The notes under the pieces were generated by a model. It did not search any database, was not told the origin of the DNA, and saw only the letters and a program-made list of their open reading frames with translations. Both the position numbers and the translations under genes were made by a program. 64,000 bases of DNA from Rhodospirillaceae bacterium (GTDB lineage: Bacteria > Pseudomonadota > Alphaproteobacteria > GCA-2731375): positions 3,942 to 67,941 of the forward strand of contig JABJKS010000076.1 in NCBI GenBank assembly GCA_018660265.1, in the 5' to 3' direction. Positions 1 to 9,299 of the stretch are shown here, in pieces (the first letter of the stretch is position 1; the number at the start of each line of letters is the position of its first letter).

Positions 1-66
1 TATCGCAGACGAATTGTTGACGAATATGGAAAAAATCGGAAAATCGCAGATATTAAGGTCGGCTGC

Positions 67-249
67 CTAAAAAAACAGGTACGCCAGAGCCATAATTGGC
101 ACCCAACACGCGATGCTGATGCACAGGAAGATGAACAGCTGGGTGCGGCGACCATAGCCGGGATCGCCCGCCTCCCCTGCCCCACCAGACATTATCGCCG
201 AATTACCATCAGCATGCCCAAATGTGCCGTCTTTATCATCTATCGTCAT
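67..249 (-). CDS. hypothetical small membrane protein (60 aa)
   Basis: ORF with one C-terminal hydrophobic helix (LFIFLCISIACWVPIMALAYLFF); no family recognised; may be spurious. Confidence 0.25.
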   Translation of the reverse strand: MTIDDKDGTFGHADGNSAIMSGGAGEAGDPGYGRRTQLFIFLCISIACWVPIMALAYLFF

Positions 250-379
250 TCGCCCTCTCCCACGACGAACTGGTCATAAGTTATTAATAAAACTTTAACC
301 TTAAAAATTACCGTAGTCACTTATGTTTTTTGTTACGTATTCTTGCGCCATAGTAATTTTAGCGTTATCCACCCCTCTC

Positions 380-1156
380 TTATTCGTCCTGCTCAATAGG
401 TTCGCCATCATGGTCGCGCATCATTTGCCGGATTTCCTCCCCCGCTGCGGCCAGGCGTTCGGGTATCTGACTGCGGGCCACAATCGAGGCACCAAAGCGG
501 CCTTCCCGGTAAAACGGATAGGAGCCCATACCCACGTCGGGATATTTATCCTGTAGTGCCGTCAAACCTTTTGCCAATGTACCCTCCGCCAGATACACCG
601 CAATAGAGATAGACAGCACCGGATCACCGCCGACCAATTCATGCTTCAAACTGTGAAACATAGCCTGGCAGACAGACGGTATGCCGGCCATGACATATAC
701 ATTTTCAACCCGGAACCCAGGTGCCTTGCTGACGGGGTTTTCCACCAAAGATGCACCCACGGGCGTGCGGGCCATGCGCATACGCGCTTCATTCAACTCC
801 GCCCCTGTGTGGGCATAGTGGGCCTTTAGGATTTCCACGGCGTCCGGGTTGTGATCCACCGCCAGGCCAAAAGCCGCACCAATACTGTCAGCCGTGATAT
901 CGTCATGGGTCGGCCCGATGCCGCCCGTTGTAAAGACATAGTCGAAGCGTGCCCGCAGATCGTTTACCGCGGCAACGATATCCGCCTCGATATCCGCCAC
1001 CACCCGGGCTTCGTGCAACTGCACGCCAACTTCGTTCAAGGCATCGGCGAGGAAACCCAAATTCTGGTCCTTGGTGCGTCCCGACAGGATTTCATCACCT
1101 ATTATGATGACGGCGGCGGTGACGGTAACTACGGCGGTTTGGGGACTGTCGGACAT
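380..1156 (-). CDS. CinA-like / molybdopterin-binding (MoCF biosynthesis domain) protein
   Basis: Core IIIGDEILSGRTKDQN ... TTGGIGPTHDDIT. ORF-track ORF 380..1366 trimmed to Met71 (ATG at 1156) because the first 70 aa look non-coding and would overlap the sfsA start. Confidence 0.8.
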   Translation of the reverse strand: MSDSPQTAVVTVTAAVIIIGDEILSGRTKDQNLGFLADALNEVGVQLHEARVVADIEADIVAAVNDLRARFDYVFTTGGIGPTHDDITADSIGAAFGLAVDHNPDAVEILKAHYAHTGAELNEARMRMARTPVGASLVENPVSKAPGFRVENVYVMAGIPSVCQAMFHSLKHELVGGDPVLSISIAVYLAEGTLAKGLTALQDKYPDVGMGSYPFYREGRFGASIVARSQIPERLAAAGEEIRQMMRDHDGEPIEQDE

Positions 1157-1264
1157 GGCTTTACGGACCTCCACGGTTGGCGCTGATGATTGATTATAGC
1201 ATCCCTGTGGCCGCGCGGCATGATCGCGATTGCACCAATTGATATGCCCGGCTAATTTGTAGAC

Positions 1265-2008
1265 ATGCAATTTCCCGACACCTTGATACACGGCACCCTG
1301 CTGCGCCGCTATAAACGCTTTCTGGCTGACATTAAACTGGACGATGGAGCGGAGGTCACGGCCCATTGCGCCAACCCAGGTGCCATGCTGGGCCTGACAG
1401 AGCCTGGTGCAGATGTCTGGCTATCCCCCTCCCGCAACCCGAAACGCAAGTTGGCCTATAGTTGGGAGGTCATGCGGGCGGACGGCGATCTGGTCGGCAT
1501 CAACACCGCCCACCCCAACGCCATTGTAGCGGAGGCCATTGAGGCCGGTAAGATCGCGGAATTGACCGGCTATGACAATCTGCGCCGCGAGGTGAAGTAC
1601 GGCCAGAATTCCCGTATCGACATGCTGTTGGAGCACTCTGGCGAGCCTGGACGGCCCGATTGCTATGTGGAGGTCAAGAATGTGCACCTGATGCGCCAGC
1701 CCGGCTTGGCGGAATTTCCGGATTCCGTGACCAAACGCGGTGCCAAACATTTGGTTGAATTGGGCGATATGGTTGCAAATGGTCACCGTGCGGTAATGTT
1801 TTATCTGGTACAACGTATGGATTGCGACCGTTTTTCCGTTGCCCGGGACATCGATCCGACGTATGCGAAGGAGTTGCATCGGGCCATGGGGCGTGGGGTT
1901 GAGGCAATTTGTTATGATTGTGTCATAACGACGACGGGGATTGATGTACGGGGACCCATCGCGCTTGCGCTTGCGCCATTGCCAACCGACGAATTGACGC
2001 CCGAATAA
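1265..2008 (+). CDS. sfsA: sugar fermentation stimulation protein SfsA
   Basis: 247 aa. N-terminus [23 protein letters not shown] and length typical of SfsA family. Confidence 0.85.
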   Translation: MQFPDTLIHGTLLRRYKRFLADIKLDDGAEVTAHCANPGAMLGLTEPGADVWLSPSRNPKRKLAYSWEVMRADGDLVGINTAHPNAIVAEAIEAGKIAELTGYDNLRREVKYGQNSRIDMLLEHSGEPGRPDCYVEVKNVHLMRQPGLAEFPDSVTKRGAKHLVELGDMVANGHRAVMFYLVQRMDCDRFSVARDIDPTYAKELHRAMGRGVEAICYDCVITTTGIDVRGPIALALAPLPTDELTPE

Positions 2009-2031
2009 TTGGTTTGGGGATAGATAGAACA

Positions 2032-2853
2032 ATGAACTATGTGGCGGCCGAAAAGGCACCGGAAGAAAACACCGGCTTGATCAAAATTTATGCGGCGGAA
2101 GATTTCGCGGCAATGGCAAAGGCCGGCCTTTTGGCGGCGGAATGCCTGGACATGATCGGCCCGCACGTACAGCCCGGCGTTACCACGGATGACATCAACA
2201 CCCTGGTGCATGAATTTATCGTCGATCATGGTGCCTACCCTTCGCCGTTGGACTATCGCGGCTTTCCGAAATCCGTCTGCATCTCCATCAACCACGTGGT
2301 TTGTCACGGCATTCCCGGTGACCGGGTCCTCAAAGACGGCGATATCATGAACATCGACGTGACCGTGACCCTTGATGGTTGGTATGGCGACAGCTCGCGG
2401 ATGTATTTCGCCGGCCAGCCGAAACTAAAGGCCCGGCGTCTGTGCGACATAACGTACGAGGCGATGATGCGTGGCATTGCGGTGGTCAAGCCCGGCGCCA
2501 CCCTGGGCGATATCGGCCATGCCATTCAGACTTATGCCGAAGGTGAACGCTGTTCCGTCGTGCGGGACTTCTGCGGCCACGGCCTGGGCCGGGTTTTTCA
2601 CGACGCCCCCAACGTCCTGCACTATGGCGCGGCGGGCAAGGGGTTGGAGCTGCGGGAGGGGATGTTCTTCACCATCGAACCCATGGTCAATCTGGGCACT
2701 TGGGAAGTTAAGATGCTGAATGATGGTTGGACAGCAGTGACAAGGGATAAATCCCTCTCGGCCCAGTTCGAACATTCCCTTGGCGTCACAGCGGACGGCG
2801 TACAAATATTTACCACCTCGCCCGCCGGCCTGCACAAGCCGCCCTACGACTGA
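2032..2853 (+). CDS. map: type I methionine aminopeptidase
   Basis: VCHGIPG, MNIDVTV, FCGHGLG, FTIEPM metal-site motifs. ATG 2032 preferred over TTG 2014. Confidence 0.9.
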   Translation: MNYVAAEKAPEENTGLIKIYAAEDFAAMAKAGLLAAECLDMIGPHVQPGVTTDDINTLVHEFIVDHGAYPSPLDYRGFPKSVCISINHVVCHGIPGDRVLKDGDIMNIDVTVTLDGWYGDSSRMYFAGQPKLKARRLCDITYEAMMRGIAVVKPGATLGDIGHAIQTYAEGERCSVVRDFCGHGLGRVFHDAPNVLHYGAAGKGLELREGMFFTIEPMVNLGTWEVKMLNDGWTAVTRDKSLSAQFEHSLGVTADGVQIFTTSPAGLHKPPYD

Positions 2854-2861
2854 CATCTGTT

Positions 2862-3560
2862 TTGGAGTCTCTGTTGGCGGATAAGGATAAAAAACCTCAT
2901 TACCATGGCCATCGCCAACGCCTGCGGGAACGCTTTCTAAAAGGTGGGCCCGACAGCCTGCCGGGCTATGAACTGTTGGAATTGATCCTGTTCGGTGCCT
3001 TGCGTCAGGGAGACGTCAAACCCCTGGCCAAACGGTTGATCGACCAATTCGGCAGCCTGGCCGCTGTCTTTTCAGCCGAGATTAGTGCCCTGGAAAATGC
3101 CGGCCTGGGGGAAACGACCATTGCGACATTGAAGGCGACCCAGGCTGCCGCACTGCATCTTAGCCGGGCGCAATTGCTGGAGGAACCGATCCTCAGCTCG
3201 TGGCAGGCGCTGTTGGATTACTGCCGTGCCGCCATGGGCCATGATCGCACGGAAGCCTTTCGCATTCTGTTTCTGGATCGGCGCAACCGCTTGATCAAGG
3301 ATGAAGTGCAACAGCGTGGCACCGTCGATCACACCCCCGTCTACCCCCGCGAAGTCGTCAAACGGGCCCTGGAACTGGGTGCCACCGCCTTGATCCTGGT
3401 GCACAACCATCCATCGGGCGATGCCACACCCAGCCAGGCGGACATTGAGATGACCAAGAAAATCGCTGCTGCCGCCGACCCTCTGGGCATCGTCCTGCAT
3501 GACCATCTGATCATGACCCGATCCGAGGAAGCCAGCTTCAAAGCCATGGGCCTGCTGTAA
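2862..3560 (+). CDS. radC: RadC-family JAB-domain protein
   Basis: N-term HYHGHRQRLRERF and C-terminal JAB motif HNHPSGDATPSQADI. TTG start as in ORF track. Confidence 0.85.
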   Translation: MESLLADKDKKPHYHGHRQRLRERFLKGGPDSLPGYELLELILFGALRQGDVKPLAKRLIDQFGSLAAVFSAEISALENAGLGETTIATLKATQAAALHLSRAQLLEEPILSSWQALLDYCRAAMGHDRTEAFRILFLDRRNRLIKDEVQQRGTVDHTPVYPREVVKRALELGATALILVHNHPSGDATPSQADIEMTKKIAAAADPLGIVLHDHLIMTRSEEASFKAMGLL

Positions 3561-3600
3561 ACTGCCGTCAAGCCCAATAAACGTAAGGAGTGTTCGTGGC

Positions 3601-4350
3601 GTGACCGAGATCATCATAGACCGCCGTTTTCGCGGCCCACCCAACTCCGGCAACGGCGGCTATGTCTGCGGCATCCTGGCCGGCCATATTGGCCCCAAGG
3701 CCCTGGCTGCCGAAGTCACCCTGCACAAACCCATCCCCCTGGACCTGCCCTTGGCCGTCACCGGCTGTCCCAATGAGATCATGGAAATGCATTGCGGCGA
3801 CGATCTGGTCGCCACGGCGCGGCCAACAGAGTTGAAGTTAGAAGATTTGCCCCGTGCGACCTACCCCGACGCCAGAGCCGCGTCGCGGGCCACCCCGTTC
3901 ACAGAGGCCAACCACGATGTCTCCGGCTGTTTCGTCTGCGGCCCGGCCCGCAAACCAGGCGACGGCCTACGGATTCTTGCCGGCCCCCTGGCCGATGATC
4001 CAACCGTCTACGCCTCCCACTGGATCCCCGGCGACGATCTGGCGGGCAGCGACGGGCTGGTGCGGGACGAATTCATCTGGTCCTGCCTGGACTGCCCCAC
4101 AGGCCATGTCCTGCTCAGCAGCGGTTTCGAGAATGATGAGGGCGACACCTCCATCCTGCTAGGGCGCATGTCCGCCCGCATCATCGCCCGGCCCAAGCCC
4201 GGTGATCACTGCACCATCACCGCCCGCCCCGGCCCAAGATCGGGCCGCAAGTGGCTCGCCGATGGCGCACTGTATGGCGCGGACGGCGCTCTGCTGGCCA
4301 TGGCACGGGCCACCTGGATCACCGTGCCGCGCAGTTTGGTTACGGGATAG
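3601..4350 (+). CDS. hotdog-fold (PaaI/4HBT-like) thioesterase-like protein
   Basis: GTG start 10 nt after AAGGAG. CFVCG...GDGLRI motif resembling PaaI-type thioesterases. N-half RFRGPPNSGNGGYVCG. Family call tentative. Confidence 0.5.
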   Translation: MTEIIIDRRFRGPPNSGNGGYVCGILAGHIGPKALAAEVTLHKPIPLDLPLAVTGCPNEIMEMHCGDDLVATARPTELKLEDLPRATYPDARAASRATPFTEANHDVSGCFVCGPARKPGDGLRILAGPLADDPTVYASHWIPGDDLAGSDGLVRDEFIWSCLDCPTGHVLLSSGFENDEGDTSILLGRMSARIIARPKPGDHCTITARPGPRSGRKWLADGALYGADGALLAMARATWITVPRSLVTG

Positions 4351-4422
4351 CGGTCCGGACGCTCGAATAGAAATAACTGTCGCCACTATCGATTCCCGTT
4401 GCAGATTTTCCGAATTCACAAT

Positions 4423-4989
4423 TCAAGACCTGACCGCATCACTTTTCGGGAAGCGGGCGGCATTCGCTTCCAATGGCAATTGGGCACCGTTGGTGAGATA
4501 AGAAACCGTTCGGTAAAATCCGCACAGCAGAAACAGTTCAAGTAAGGCCTCTACAGCAAAGACAGCTGTTAGACGCTGCCAAAGCTCATCGCTAATACTG
4601 CAATGAGTATGCAGTTCGTCGCAAAATTCGATCAGCAGACGTTCACCTGGATCGCGCTAGCATAGATCCGCGTGAGTGCCATGCACCAGCGAATACAGCT
4701 CATTCTCGGCAAGACCCACATGCGCGGCAAAATAATTGACATGCACCCCCCACTCATATTCGGAGCCACATTGCGCCGTCACTCTGTCGATCACGATCTC
4801 CCGTTGGCGTAAGGTCAGGTGGCCTCGATCAAGCAGCCCGCCGGCCATAAATTTGCCGAATAACCGTTCATCGCGCGCCAGCATGGTGAATAGGGTCAGC
4901 GGGGGATCACCCTTGGGCGTCAGTTTGTCGAGCATCACTTGAACGGATTTTGTGTACGGCGTGCTTGCCGGAGCTATTCTGTAGGTCAT
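4423..4989 (-). pseudogene. carboxymuconolactone decarboxylase (AhpD-like) family gene interrupted by one in-frame TAG
   Basis: 110-aa ORF (QREIVIDRVTAQCGSEYEWGVH motif) ends at TAG 4657..4659. The same frame continues 77 codons (ERLLIEFCDELH...LLCGFYRTVSYLTNGAQLPLE) to TGA 4423..4425, giving 187 aa in total. Confidence 0.7.
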
Positions 4990-5001
4990 AAGGCACCTTT
5001 G

Positions 5002-5056
5002 TGCTATTGTTTCAATAGCACGCTTATAAATCTTATTTGCTATGGAATCAATAGCA
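5002..5056. promoter_or_regulatory. two identical inverted-repeat operators TGCTAT-N7-ATAGCA in the CMD/hxlR divergent promoter
   Basis: Site 1 at 5002..5020 (extends to a 9-bp-arm palindrome 5001..5021). Site 2 at 5038..5056, overlapping the hxlR ATG. Centres 36 bp apart. Confidence 0.55.
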
Positions 5057-5385
5057 TGAATATGCCCAAACCCGGTACGCCTGTACGCGGCTCACGATCA
5101 GGACGATCCGTCATGGCGTTACTTGATCTTTTGGGCCGGCGCATGTGCCTGAGAATATTGTGGGAATTGCGTGATAGCTGCTTGCGGTTTCGTGCACTGC
5201 AGACCGCAGCAGAAACCAACCCGGCAGTATTGAATTCACGGCTCGGCGAGCTCAAGGCCGCGATGCTGGTGGAACTTACAGCTGAGGGTTATCAGCTAAC
5301 AACACAGGGTAATGAGCTGATTAAGCTGGTCCTACCAATGCATGATTGGGCGGAAAACTGGTCGAGGAAAATTGGCGATGACTAA
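5056..5385 (+). CDS. HxlR-family winged-helix transcriptional regulator
   Basis: LDLLGRRMCLRILWEL...RFRALQ...NPAVLNSRLGELKAAMLVE typical HxlR core. Trimmed to ATG 5056. Confidence 0.8.
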   Translation: MNMPKPGTPVRGSRSGRSVMALLDLLGRRMCLRILWELRDSCLRFRALQTAAETNPAVLNSRLGELKAAMLVELTAEGYQLTTQGNELIKLVLPMHDWAENWSRKIGDD

Positions 5386-5544
5386 CGCGTTTCCGAGATA
5401 TTGTGACCCAATTGACCGCTTTCGTATCGTACCATTCACCGGGTTAATTCCGACCGCATGAAGTGGTGCGAAATTCCGTGACGTATGACATGATGCAAGG
5501 CGTGTTCACTAAGCCTATTTAACTGGAAAATTAAGGGGTTCGCG

Positions 5545-6303
5545 ATGCGAATAACAGCTTTAACGATTGCCTTCGCGCTCTTATTCTCGGCATCGCCCTT
5601 GGCGTCTGCCGAGGCGCAAAGCTGGCTCGACAAGGCCAAAGGTGCCTTGGAAAAGACCTTGGGCGGCGGCACAAATGATAGCTCCACCGCAGGCGGCATC
5701 TTGAGCAATGAAGAGATCGGCAATGGCTTGAAGGAGGCCCTGCGCGTGGGCACGGAACGGGTGGTAGCCCAAGTGGGCAAGCCGGACGGCTTCAATGCCG
5801 ACAACACTATCCACATTCCCTTGCCCGATACCTTGAAGAAGGCGCAGGATTTATTGCGCAAATTCGGCATGGCCAGCCTGGCGGATGACCTGGAACTGCG
5901 ACTGAACCGCGCGGCCGAGCAGGCGGCACCTGAGGCGAAGGAATTGTTTCTCCAGGCCATCGCGCAGATGACCCTGGATGATGTGCAACGCATCTATAAG
6001 GGCCCTGAGGACGCTGCAACCCGATATTTCCAGGACCGCATGACACCGCCCCTGGGCCAACGGATGGCACCGATCATTGATCAGGCTCTGTCCGAGGTCG
6101 GCGCCATCGCCGCCTATGACGCCATGATATCGCAATACAAATCCTATCCCCTGGTGCCGGATGTCAAAGCCGACCTGACCAAATACGTAGTGGAAGAGGC
6201 CATGGGCGGCATTTTTCACTATGTCGCCAAAGAGGAGGCGGCGATCCGCGCCAACCCCGCCAAGCGCACCACGGAACTATTGCAAAGGGTTTTCGGCCAA
6301 TAG
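5545..6303 (+). CDS. DUF4197-domain secreted protein
   Basis: Signal peptide MRITALTIAFALLFSASPLASA. LSNEEIGNGLKEALRVGTERVV and HYVAKEEAAIRANPAKRTTELLQRVFG match my recollection of DUF4197. Confidence 0.75.
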   Translation: MRITALTIAFALLFSASPLASAEAQSWLDKAKGALEKTLGGGTNDSSTAGGILSNEEIGNGLKEALRVGTERVVAQVGKPDGFNADNTIHIPLPDTLKKAQDLLRKFGMASLADDLELRLNRAAEQAAPEAKELFLQAIAQMTLDDVQRIYKGPEDAATRYFQDRMTPPLGQRMAPIIDQALSEVGAIAAYDAMISQYKSYPLVPDVKADLTKYVVEEAMGGIFHYVAKEEAAIRANPAKRTTELLQRVFGQ

Positions 6304-6652
6304 GCAGGATATCTAAGATTAAAGCGGGAGTTCACTCAATAGGGCGCGGCTGGGGTGAGAGCGAAAAACCATGGCAATGCTCTGACAAACTGTCAGCTTA
6401 ACTTCAATGGCAATCGGTTGCGACCAGTGTCCTGCTCAAAGCGGGCCGCCCACATGGGTCGCCGTAACTTCTACAGCTTAACTTGCTCGCGCAACCTGAT
6501 AAAAATCGAGATGCGCAAATAGTCTCGCGGTAATGATAAATTTACCTATGGGCCATATGACCTATCCAGTGTTCTTACTTTGGCTTTCATCGGGGCATGA
6601 ACAAGCCGCAGAAGAACCCATCGACGAATTATGGCTATAGGAAATTTTTATT

Positions 6653-7066
6653 ATGAAAAACATCGTATTTGCGATTACCGTCGTTTTGTCCGCCTTCCTT
6701 ATTTTGCCGGCCCATGCCGCAAAAGTCTCTCCCGAAACGATCACTGGCGCCACCACCGTAGACGCGGCAAAGGCAAAAGAGCTTTTTGACCGTGGTGTCA
6801 CTTTCATTGATGTTCGCAAGAACTCTGACTGGGATGCAGGCAGGATACCTGGGGCGCAGCACATCGAATTGAAGAAAAAATATGACGAAACATCGCTAAG
6901 CAAAGCCGTTGGCAAAGACAAAGAAGTGGTGATCTACTGCAATGGTACCGGCTGCATGCGGTCTTCAAAGGCGTGTGCCAAGGCAGTGAGCTGGGGCTAT
7001 GAGAAAGTTTACTATTTCCGCGACGGCCTCCCGGCATGGCAAGTGGCCGGTTTTCCTGTCGAATAA
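6653..7066 (+). CDS. secreted rhodanese-domain sulfurtransferase
   Basis: Signal peptide, then IDVR...DWDAGRIPGA...VIYCNGTGCMRS active-site loop (CxxxxxR). Confidence 0.8.
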   Translation: MKNIVFAITVVLSAFLILPAHAAKVSPETITGATTVDAAKAKELFDRGVTFIDVRKNSDWDAGRIPGAQHIELKKKYDETSLSKAVGKDKEVVIYCNGTGCMRSSKACAKAVSWGYEKVYYFRDGLPAWQVAGFPVE

Positions 7067-7110
7067 GAAAAGCGATTTGAACGACGGACAAATTCAGGCG
7101 GAAACAGCAT

Positions 7111-9030
7111 ATGTTGTTACGTAATCGAATTGTGTTGGGCGCAACCTGTGCCCTGGTATTGCTGGGCGCATCCCTGACCATCCTTGGTGAGCTTTCCGAC
7201 CGCCGTGCCAATGCGCGATTTGAAGCGGTGGCGATTGAAAGCAAACAGATTGTTTGGCGCAAGGTTATGGCTGAACAAATTGGTGCCATGGAGAGCAATA
7301 CACGAACATTCATGCGCAACCGTGATGCTATTGAGGCTCTGCAGAATGGTGTCATCGACGATATCTATGATGAGTTTGCACCGTCGTTCAATCGACTTAA
7401 TGCGTCCAAAGTCCTCGATAGGCTTCGGGTGACCAATGCGGTCGGAAAGCTGGTTTTCGCAGAGCCCGAGCTGCCGCCGGAGACCGAGCCGGCATTGATA
7501 GCAAAATCAATCTCCAGCGGCAAAATCGAGACTGGATTGGTGCAGGATGGCGATCAGCTTGTCGCAGCCGTTGCCTTTCCCCTGTTTGCCAAGCAACGCC
7601 TCGTTGGCGCGGTCATGCTCGGACGCACAGTGTCCATTGCGGCATCTAGCTTGAAGGAAGCCGACGCTGCTGAAATCATCGTGTTAGCACCCGGCGGCAC
7701 TATTCTTGCCTCGACAATGGAAACCCCGCCCGAAAATGCTGCGAAATTCGCGATCGAAAATGGATCGGCCAGCTACGCGGTTTTGCAGCAGGGGGATCTC
7801 GCTTATGCCGCCATCTCCCTACCAATTCTAACATTCGCGGGAGAGGCCGGTGGTACTCTTTTGGTTTTGAAGGATCAGACTGAAGCTTACAATGATCAGC
7901 GGCAAATGAAGCTGATCAGTTATGCTTTGCTGGTGGCAATCTTACTGCTTTCCAATTTAGGCATACATATCTACCTGAGACGAGAACTCAAGCCATTCGG
8001 ATCGGTCGTCGCCGCGCTGAATGCATTGTCGGGCGGTGATACGGATATAGAAATTGTTGGCGCTGATCGCAAAGATGAGCTGGGTGATATCGCGGGCGCA
8101 ATGTCAATTTTTAGAGACAATGCCATCGAACGTAATCAGCTTGAAGACCAGCAAAAGAAACATCAGGCCGCTGCCGAAGAACGCGCGCGCAATGTCGATA
8201 CCCTGATCGGGACCTTTGACAGCAAGGCAACCGAAGTTCTCGGGGTTGTCGGTGACGCCACGATGAGAATGAAGTCGACCGCACAGAGTATGTCCAAGGT
8301 CGCGGAAACCACATCGCAACAATCTGCAGCGGCGGCCACTGCATCGGAAGAAGCCTTAGGCAACGTGCAAACCGTTGCCTCAGCGGCCGATCAATTGGCT
8401 TCGTCAGTTCAGGAAATTGCGGGTCAGGTGCAGGAGTCGAGCGTTATAGCAGCCAAAGCGGTTACCGAAACCGATCGTGCAACCACAGAAGTGCGCAGCT
8501 TGGTTAGGGCGTCCGAACAGATAGGTGAAATCGTTGCATTGATTAATGATATCGCCAGCCAAACTAATTTACTGGCACTCAACGCGACGATCGAGGCGGC
8601 GCGTGCGGGTGAAGCAGGCAAGGGCTTTGCGGTGGTAGCCTCGGAGGTCAAGAATTTAGCCACTCAGACAGCCCAGGCGACTGAAGACATTTCCAGCCAA
8701 ATCAGTGAAATTCGCGGTGCTACAGACTCGACGGTGCAAGTTATCGAAGGGATCAGCAGTACCGTGGCAAAAATTAATGAAATCTCCTCGACCATCGCGG
8801 CGGCTGTGGAAGAACAAGGTGCTGCCACATCGGAAATTTCGCGCAATATCCAACAAGCTGCGCAAGGCACGGATGAAGTTACCGCCAATATTGTCAATGT
8901 CAGTGAAGGTGCAAGCCAAACCGGAAATGAATCGGCGCAGGTATTGGATGCCACCAATGAACTTTCCCGACAATCTGTGATGCTGGACCAAGAAATCAGA
9001 ACATTCCTGGATAAGGTTCGTATCGCTTAG
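7111..9030 (+). CDS. methyl-accepting chemotaxis protein (periplasmic Cache-like sensor, HAMP, MA domain)
   Basis: Two TM segments flanking ~250-aa sensor. Signalling hairpin [32 protein letters not shown]. Confidence 0.9.
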   Translation: MLLRNRIVLGATCALVLLGASLTILGELSDRRANARFEAVAIESKQIVWRKVMAEQIGAMESNTRTFMRNRDAIEALQNGVIDDIYDEFAPSFNRLNASKVLDRLRVTNAVGKLVFAEPELPPETEPALIAKSISSGKIETGLVQDGDQLVAAVAFPLFAKQRLVGAVMLGRTVSIAASSLKEADAAEIIVLAPGGTILASTMETPPENAAKFAIENGSASYAVLQQGDLAYAAISLPILTFAGEAGGTLLVLKDQTEAYNDQRQMKLISYALLVAILLLSNLGIHIYLRRELKPFGSVVAALNALSGGDTDIEIVGADRKDELGDIAGAMSIFRDNAIERNQLEDQQKKHQAAAEERARNVDTLIGTFDSKATEVLGVVGDATMRMKSTAQSMSKVAETTSQQSAAAATASEEALGNVQTVASAADQLASSVQEIAGQVQESSVIAAKAVTETDRATTEVRSLVRASEQIGEIVALINDIASQTNLLALNATIEAARAGEAGKGFAVVASEVKNLATQTAQATEDISSQISEIRGATDSTVQVIEGISSTVAKINEISSTIAAAVEEQGAATSEISRNIQQAAQGTDEVTANIVNVSEGASQTGNESAQVLDATNELSRQSVMLDQEIRTFLDKVRIA

Positions 9031-9299
9031 CTGTCTCTTGTGATCAGTTGACCTGCGCCCCTGCAAAATCCCCGATTTTAAATTATTGTCGCTTCACCGC
9101 GGCCACAAGGTCCCAAGGGTCGGGGTCTGGTCTTTCTTTTTGACCACATCTGGCCCGCGGCTTCGCGGTGCCCGCTTTGAACAAGCATCAAGTCAATAAC
9201 CGTGGGATGACAGCCCCTGTCTATTGTCCAAATTGCGCACTCCATTGACATAATCGCTTAAAGACGGAAAGCTATCTCCCAAAATAACAGGAGGAAGCG

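Noticed and set aside
67-249. The small membrane ORF as a prokaryotic aa3 oxidase subunit IV-like protein.
   Set aside because: Only a vague resemblance (short, one C-terminal helix). No conserved motif could be matched and there is no oxidase context.
380-1366. N-terminal extensions of ORF-track ORFs (380..1366, 4939..5385, 24328..24903, 29434..30549, 32980..34035, 45497..45946, 47740..49068, 49166..50041, 50093..50419, 52543..53529).
   Set aside because: The extensions overlap neighbouring genes or promoters and translate to non-protein-like sequence. An internal ATG coincides with the conserved family N-terminus, often with a Shine-Dalgarno sequence, so the starts were trimmed.
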